Origin: Octopus sinensis
Lineage: Eukaryota
Assembly: GCF_006345805.1 (NCBI RefSeq)
Contig: NW_021827589.1
Coordinates: 1-28,011 of the forward strand
Length of the DNA: 28,011 nucleotides
Reading direction: 5' to 3'
The notes under the pieces are model-generated. The model did no database searches, was not told where the DNA came from, and saw only the letters and a program-made list of their open reading frames with translations. The position numbers were made by a program, and so were the translations under genes. This document shows, piece after piece, positions 21,839-28,011 of this stretch (positions are counted from its first letter, which is position 1; every line of letters begins with the position of its first letter).

Positions 21839-21870
<32 letters not shown>

Positions 21871-21906
21871 CACACACACACACACTCATATATATATTTA
21901 GATATG

Positions 21907-22059
21907 TATATACGAAATCCACTCCGTCTACCAAATCCACTTACAAAGCGTTGGTCAGCCCAAGGTTATAGGAGAAGTCATTTGCTCTAGGTGCCACGCA
22001 GTGAGAGTAAACCAGTTCCATGTGGTGGGACAGCAAGCCTTTTATTACACAACCACGCC
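21907..22059 (-). mobile_element. Older, degraded 5' half of the same SINE
   Basis: TCCGTCTACCAAATCCACTTACAAAGCGTTGGTCAGCCC...GTGCCACGCAGTG...CAGCAAGC...ACCACGCCT aligns with the full copies. The adjacent (CA)n at 21780-21895 sits at the position of the internal microsatellite. Confidence 0.75.
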
Positions 22060-22489
22060 TATGGTTATTAATTAGCCCATTTTGTGACAGAAAATACGGA
22101 TAATACGTTTAAGGATAATACGTTTAATTTTAGTATCTTTACATGACAGCATTGGTGGATAAAAGGAGGAAGTATAGAGAAGAGTCGATCGTACAGGATT
22201 ATGCAAATAATGACATTAATTAGAAGTCACCTGCAATGCGTTAAAATGGGAAGAGGAACATTAGATAAACATGATACGAATACATGGAAAACAACATGAA
22301 ACACACAGATACACTTACAAAGTCACACACAATTGTTTACCCACATCAGCTGAAAACTGTCTTTCTGCAGTTTCAGCACATTAAATAGAAGTCTGTAAAG
22401 TCAGCCTGCCGGGAAATTTCAAGAAAAAATTCAACTAGGGAAACGTTTCATAAAGACACAAACAAAACACCACATATACAGAAATATAT

Positions 22490-22547
22490 AATCCTAATTA
22501 TATATATATATATACATATATATAATAATTATATATATATATATATA

Positions 22548-22624
<77 letters not shown>

Positions 22625-22770
22625 CATATAACATATAGAAAAAATATATACACAGACGTTTAAAGAGCACAAACATAAACACTGGTACACACTATGAACA
22701 AAGAGGCTGACATAAGCATCCCTCTTACGTATGTATGTATGTATGTATGTATATATATATATATATATAT

Positions 22771-22807
<37 letters not shown>

Positions 22808-23269
22808 CATACATACGTACTTACATGCATATACACACACGTACGGAAATACACACACACATGCGCAGAGAGACATATATATAGACAGCAATTGTTCTAT
22901 TCATATTCTCACATTCAATAATGGCAAACAGTGTGATAAAATAAGCTAAAATATACCCTTTAGATATAACGCAGGAATTTGAAACAAGTGTTGTGGAGCG
23001 TTAACCCAAAAAACTAACCTCCACATTCAACGTGCATATATATACATATGTACGCATATATGTATATATATATATATATATATTTAAACACATACATATA
23101 GAATCATATCAATATAAATATGTGTATATATGTATTGTGTATATATGTACACGCTTGTATATATATATAAGCATTAGCATGCATGCATGAGTGTGTATAT
23201 TTTTCGTAGAAAAATGTAGCTAAATACGTATATATACATTCATATATATATAATATATAAATATATTAT

Positions 23270-23307
<38 letters not shown>

Positions 23308-23357
23308 ATATATTATATATATATATATATACAATATATATATATATATTATAATAT

Positions 23358-23402
<45 letters not shown>

Positions 23403-23787
23403 GATATCTATATATATGTATATATATGAGCATGTTTGTGTGTGATGTATATATGCAAAATAAGATAAAATATTCATAATAATAGTTTGCATTATCTGAT
23501 CTAATTTAATTAATCCAGACACATTGTAATCAATTTAGAAACAAAATGCCTTTAGTCTTCCAACACATTTCCAACTTGCATCAACGACATACTGATACCT
23601 ATATATACACACGCGCGATATGATATATATTTATATATACTCGCACACATATGCGTATAATTACATGTTTATATATACATGCATATGGGTGCATATATAT
23701 TTATATATAGTATATATCAAATAGTACGTACATCTTCACAAACACCCACGAACATACACATACGTACACACAAACACATATATACAG

Positions 23788-23843
<56 letters not shown>

Positions 23844-23957
23844 TATTGGTATACATATTGGTACATACATGTAAAAACATATACAATATATATGATTACC
23901 TACACTCGCAATACACAAACCATACACACATGCATACACACACATACATACACACAT

Positions 23958-23996
<39 letters not shown>

Positions 23997-24494
23997 CGCC
24001 TCCTTAGATATCTACATACACGCATACATACTCATGTCTAAACAACCTGATACTCCAACAGTTTACAATAATATGTACATATATATATATACTCCAACTA
24101 AAAAAGATTCAGGCATATCACGTGGTGTGTCTGTGTGTGCGTGACTATATATATATATATATATATATATCTGTGTGTATGTGTGTGTGTGTTTATATAT
24201 ATGCGTGTATGGAGGAGTTTGTGGTGTTAATGGTGGTGCGGTGGTGGTGGTGGCGGGGTGAATGATCAAACGTGATAGGAAATATAGTAAATTGAATTAT
24301 TGAAATTTACAACTTGATAATTCCTCCTAACGAAAATTGAATTAATATTTATCGATTACTTAATATACAAACAACGAAACAAAGTCCACTCTACCATGTA
24401 AACAAGTCTGGATACTAATGAGAAATATACACATCAGTGTGTATTATATACGTATATATATATACATATATATATAGTGTATATATATATGTAC

Positions 24495-24525
<31 letters not shown>

Positions 24526-24618
24526 CAATATATATATATATATATATATATATGTTGAGTGTTTAAAATAGATAGTAGATGAAGAAATATAGAAATATAC
24601 ATACATACATTCATATGC

Positions 24619-24658
<40 letters not shown>

Positions 24659-24710
24659 TAATATATATATATACATGCAGACACACTCTCATATATGTAA
24701 AGATATATAC
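22490..24710. repeat. Extended (TA)n/(CA)n/(TATG)n microsatellite-rich region
   Basis: Seen directly (main blocks 22490-22870, 23030-23450, 23600-24220, 24430-24710). Confidence 0.85.
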
Positions 24711-25373
24711 ATGCCAATATTTTGACATCTATGCGGATCAAAGTTCAGAAGAAGAAAAGTAAAAGATGCTGATTCAGATAACAAGATAAAGAAATAAGAA
24801 CGAAGATTTAACTAACGGAGCCTTGTGAAGAGTAAAGGTGAGATAAACAAGAGAAAAAAAGAAAAGAGAAAAAAATGATAAAACAACAATGTTCCGGCGG
24901 GAAGTGCTTATATATTTTACTTTTTCTTTTAGGAATAGAGTATTTAAGATTTTGTTTCCAAATTAATCTCTTAATTACACTATCTATTTATAAATGTTAA
25001 ACAATTATCGGTTTCTAATTATCTTTAGCTACGAGAAATGATATTTTACTTGAACCGGGAATTTTCTTTTGCGAGTAATAATTCACATATTTCAAACCTT
25101 TACAATGGCTTGGAGGAGATGAAATGTTTCTCTTTGTGGGTACATATTTAGTTGGAACATTCGTCATGATTTTCTCAAAGAAATTGCGATGCTTAAAATG
25201 CTATAAGTTTACAGTTATTCTCACGAAGCTTTTGTACGCATGCTGTGTGATAACTGTTTTTATTAACAGTGATTTTGTTTCTTCGATTTATCTAAAAGCA
25301 ATATATTTATATCTTCTCTTGCGAATCTGCCCGCTAGTATATATATATATATATATTATATATATATATATAG

Positions 25374-25432
<59 letters not shown>

Positions 25433-25526
25433 CAATAATATGTTACATTACTCGATAGTCAAGATAAAACTCTGAGTTTCAGATCCCGAAGTGGAAATCC
25501 ACAACACCATCACTAGCCCAACAGTA

Positions 25527-26220
25527 AGGAAAAGGAATAATAGAATAGGAAGGTCATCTGGTTTACGCCCCCTTACTCACCCGAGGTGGCCTTCAATATA
25601 GGTAAATATTTCCTAGCACTGATAGAGAGATTTTTCCAGTTAACCATACTTATAGGAAACCTCTTCAATAGACACAATTTAAAAATTAGCTTTAGTTCCA
25701 CTACGATTTTAAAAACATAATCAAACATAACATACAAAAAACAAAACAAGAAAATGAGCTGTTCATGCAGGAATAAAGAATTGTTGCCCGCTAAATGGAG
25801 CTTGCATGTCCAAGACCATCCATATATGAAGCTACCGTAAACTCTATAACCACTAAAGACACCGTTTCGACGAAGAAATACGTGGGCCTTACAGAGGGTT
25901 AATTTTCAAGGCCAGGTTCAATAACCACACTTTGAGCTTTAGGCACTGGAACAAAAGAAAAGCGACACAATTATCTAATCATATTTGGTCTTTAAGAGAT
26001 AAAGGTGTCGTTAAAACATAATTTGGAAGATTTTGGCCAGATGTAAGCCCGATACCAACGCAGCGGAAGGTGCGGTCTATGCGACATGGAGAGATGCTTA
26101 TCTGGAAAAGCAGCTTAGACCCTACTACATGTCTAAACACAAGGACAGAACTTTTCGGATCATGCCAATATGTGACTAAATTTCTGTTACGTTTTTGGTC
26201 CCCTAAAGAAAATAGATAGA
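25527..26220 (+). pseudogene. Penelope-like ORF remnant: RT C-terminal region, Cys-rich linker and GIY-YIG endonuclease
   Basis: RKVIWFTPPYSPEVAFNIGKYFLALIERFF...LFNRHNLKISFS; SCSCRNKE/CCPLNGACMSK; IYEATV (25822)...KKYVGLTEG (25879)/FKARFNNHTLSFRH...LSNHIWSL/IWKILARCKP/CGLCDMER/LNTRTEL..SC. Many frameshifts and stops. Confidence 0.88.
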
Positions 26221-26393
26221 ACATGCCTTCTATGTTAGTCCCATGAAGATTTTATATATTTTTATATATTTTAATGTATTTTTATATAATTTTTATGACG
26301 ACAAATGCGAGCGATGTATAAGTACGCAGGCAAGCAGAGTTATAACACAGTAATTTCCCTTTATATAACGGTATTTTTTCATAGCGTTTTCAA

Positions 26394-26468
26394 ATAGCCA
26401 GATAACCGAAGAGATGGTGTTGTGGATTTCCACTTCGGCATCTGAAACTCAGAGTTTTATCTGACTAT
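26394..26468 (+). ncRNA. Type I hammerhead ribozyme-like motif in the pLTR (two core or near-core substitutions)
   Basis: Stem I ATAGCCAGATAA/TTATCTGACTAT pairs at 11/12. Core CCGAAGA (U4C) at 26406-26412, a long stem II, GAAA at 26444-26447, stem III ACTC-A-GAGT and a GUU triplet. Confidence 0.7.
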
Positions 26469-26925
26469 CGAGTAATGTAACATTTATTGTATAGATAAAT
26501 TCCTCTATTTACATAAATATTTGAGGTCTCTTTCTTTTGTTATCTTACCGTTTTACCAATATATATATATATATATATATGGTGGTTGCGTGTTAAAGCG
26601 TTTGGCAATAATAACTAAATTTAGAGTGTACTAATATGGCTATTTTTAATTATTGTCTTAATTGAGCCTGAAATTCTCAGTTCGTCTCAATGCTTTGAAC
26701 AAACTGAAACGGATTTATTGAAATGTCGCTTAAACAGACAAAAGCTTTTAATTAGACGAATAGTTTGTCAGCTTCTCCCTGGTGTACAGGTTATCCTGAC
26801 CGTTTGAAAGACACGTCAATCAAATCGCCTAGCTGTTTCCTTTTTTTCCACCCGAAGAATAATTTACCAAACTTATTGACACTTATTTATTATAGCTTCA
26901 TTGTACTTGTTCTTTCAATTCATTG

Positions 26926-26956
<31 letters not shown>

Positions 26957-27112
26957 GTATAATATATATATTGTTTATATTTAAAAATTGTCGCTTCAAA
27001 ATTGAAGAATAAATATCATTATGATATATATATTATATACAGTTATTTATATACAATGCCTTCTAGTGTAATTCACAAAGCCTTTCTGGTTTGTACGAGA
27101 TATTATTATTGA

Positions 27113-27159
<47 letters not shown>

Positions 27160-27285
27160 TATATATATAATATAGTAGTAACAGAAAAGAGAATTCGGTT
27201 GTCCCCCACGTGGTGGATTGTAATGTATATGAAAAATAAAAACGGAAAATACGCACACTTATACACAGTATAATTTTAATGTATC

Positions 27286-27295
27286 GACCGGTTTC
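27286..27295 (-). other. Hammerhead 3'-half motif GAAA-CCGG-TC followed by ATTAAA
   Basis: Palindromic ACCGGT plus GUC. No recognisable CUGANGA or stem I partner upstream, where (TA)n begins. Confidence 0.3.
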
Positions 27296-27549
27296 GCAAT
27301 CGCTATTTTTTTCTTATATATATATATATATAATATATATATATTATATATATAATAATATATAATATATATATATATATCTATATATATATCAAAATGA
27401 GAAAAGGGAGAAATATATCTAAATCAATCATAAACTATCAGATAATACCGAATCAATACTTTAATAAAACACTACACAATAGCAATGATAATTATACATT
27501 AATATAGTACAAATATAACAAGACATAGAAATACATTTACATTGTAGCT

Positions 27550-27561
27550 GACAGCTGTTTC
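27550..27561 (-). other. Hammerhead 3'-half motif GAAA-CAGCTG-TC
   Basis: Palindromic ACAGCTGT plus GUC; the upstream core is not recognisable. Confidence 0.3.
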
Positions 27562-27825
27562 GGCCGTGAAGACAGGTATGTCCCATTTAACCTATTAGCC
27601 ATATAATGCAGGTATATATATGTTAATATAAATATATATATCGGAAAATGTGTTGCTGAAAATGCACTTACATTTCAAAAAACCGTAAATGTTAAATATA
27701 CATTTATTTACATATATACCAACCTACTTTCAACAATATTTTTTTGTTTAACAATGGTAAAAGTGTAAAATTAGAAAAACATCGTCGTAAGTTTCAGTGT
27801 TGACAAATCGAAATATTTCAATGTT

Positions 27826-27827
<2 letters not shown>

Positions 27828-27891
<64 letters not shown>
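27828..27891. repeat. (CA)n microsatellite
   Basis: Seen directly. Confidence 0.95.
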
Positions 27892-27916
27892 ATATATATA
27901 TACATGCATATTTATA

Positions 27917-28011
27917 TGTTTGTGTGTCTGCGTTTGTCCCTCTATTATCGATTGACAAACCAGTTCGGCAAAAGTATCCGATAGAATAAGTACTAAGCTT
28001 ACAATGAATGA
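27917..28011 (+). mobile_element. 3'-half fragment of the tRNA-derived SINE (continues past the window edge)
   Basis: GTGTCTGCGTTTGTCCCTC...TTGACAA/GTTCGGCAAAAG...CGATAGAATAAGTACT..GCTTACAA aligns with the SINE body, with a deletion. Confidence 0.75.

Larger units (their letters stand above)
25428..26560 (+). mobile_element. 5'-truncated Penelope-like element (Neptune-like) with an inverted partial pLTR and a 3' pLTR
   Basis: (TA)n, then an inverted copy (25428-25510) of 26413-26495, ORF remnant 25527-26220, hammerhead-bearing repeat 26345-26560, then (TA)n. Confidence 0.85.

Noticed and set aside
21692-22208. Two POU octamer sites (ATGCAAAT at 21692 and 22201)
   Set aside because: A rough estimate gives about two chance occurrences in 28 kb of AT-rich DNA on both strands, and another copy lies inside the mariner.
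1523-24728. Dozens of ORFs of 60-509 aa in the track (poly-L, -I, -S, -V, -Y, alternating YI/MYVC)
   Set aside because: They are translations of simple repeats with no stop codon in that frame and have no protein-like complexity.

Overview
AT-rich eukaryotic genomic DNA made up almost entirely of microsatellites and decayed transposable elements. The SINE and the repeat landscape resemble Octopus (cephalopod) DNA; this is inference from memory, not a search. I cannot support any intact host gene, and nearly all long ORFs in the track are simple-repeat artefacts. Supported content: (1) a full-length but dead DD34D mariner (304-1605). (2) Five 5'-truncated R4/Dong-like non-LTR retrotransposon tails (RLE endonuclease) plus two unclassified islands, all embedded in (TAA)n arrays; the tails' orientation matches array polarity. 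(3) A decayed Penelope-like element (GIY-YIG, Cys-rich linker) with an inverted partial terminal repeat and a hammerhead-bearing terminal repeat. (4) Five copies of a tRNA-derived SINE and two fragments of a second SINE. (5) A 172-bp near-perfect fold-back. The most interesting signal is nine hammerhead-ribozyme-like motifs or half-motifs from several sequence families. All have a self-complementary stem III (the dimeric minimal type known from Penelope-like elements) and all lie next to (TA)n runs. One is a clean U3-A8 core variant with a 13-bp stem I (20185-20236, minus strand). All structures were paired by eye; no folding or searches were run.
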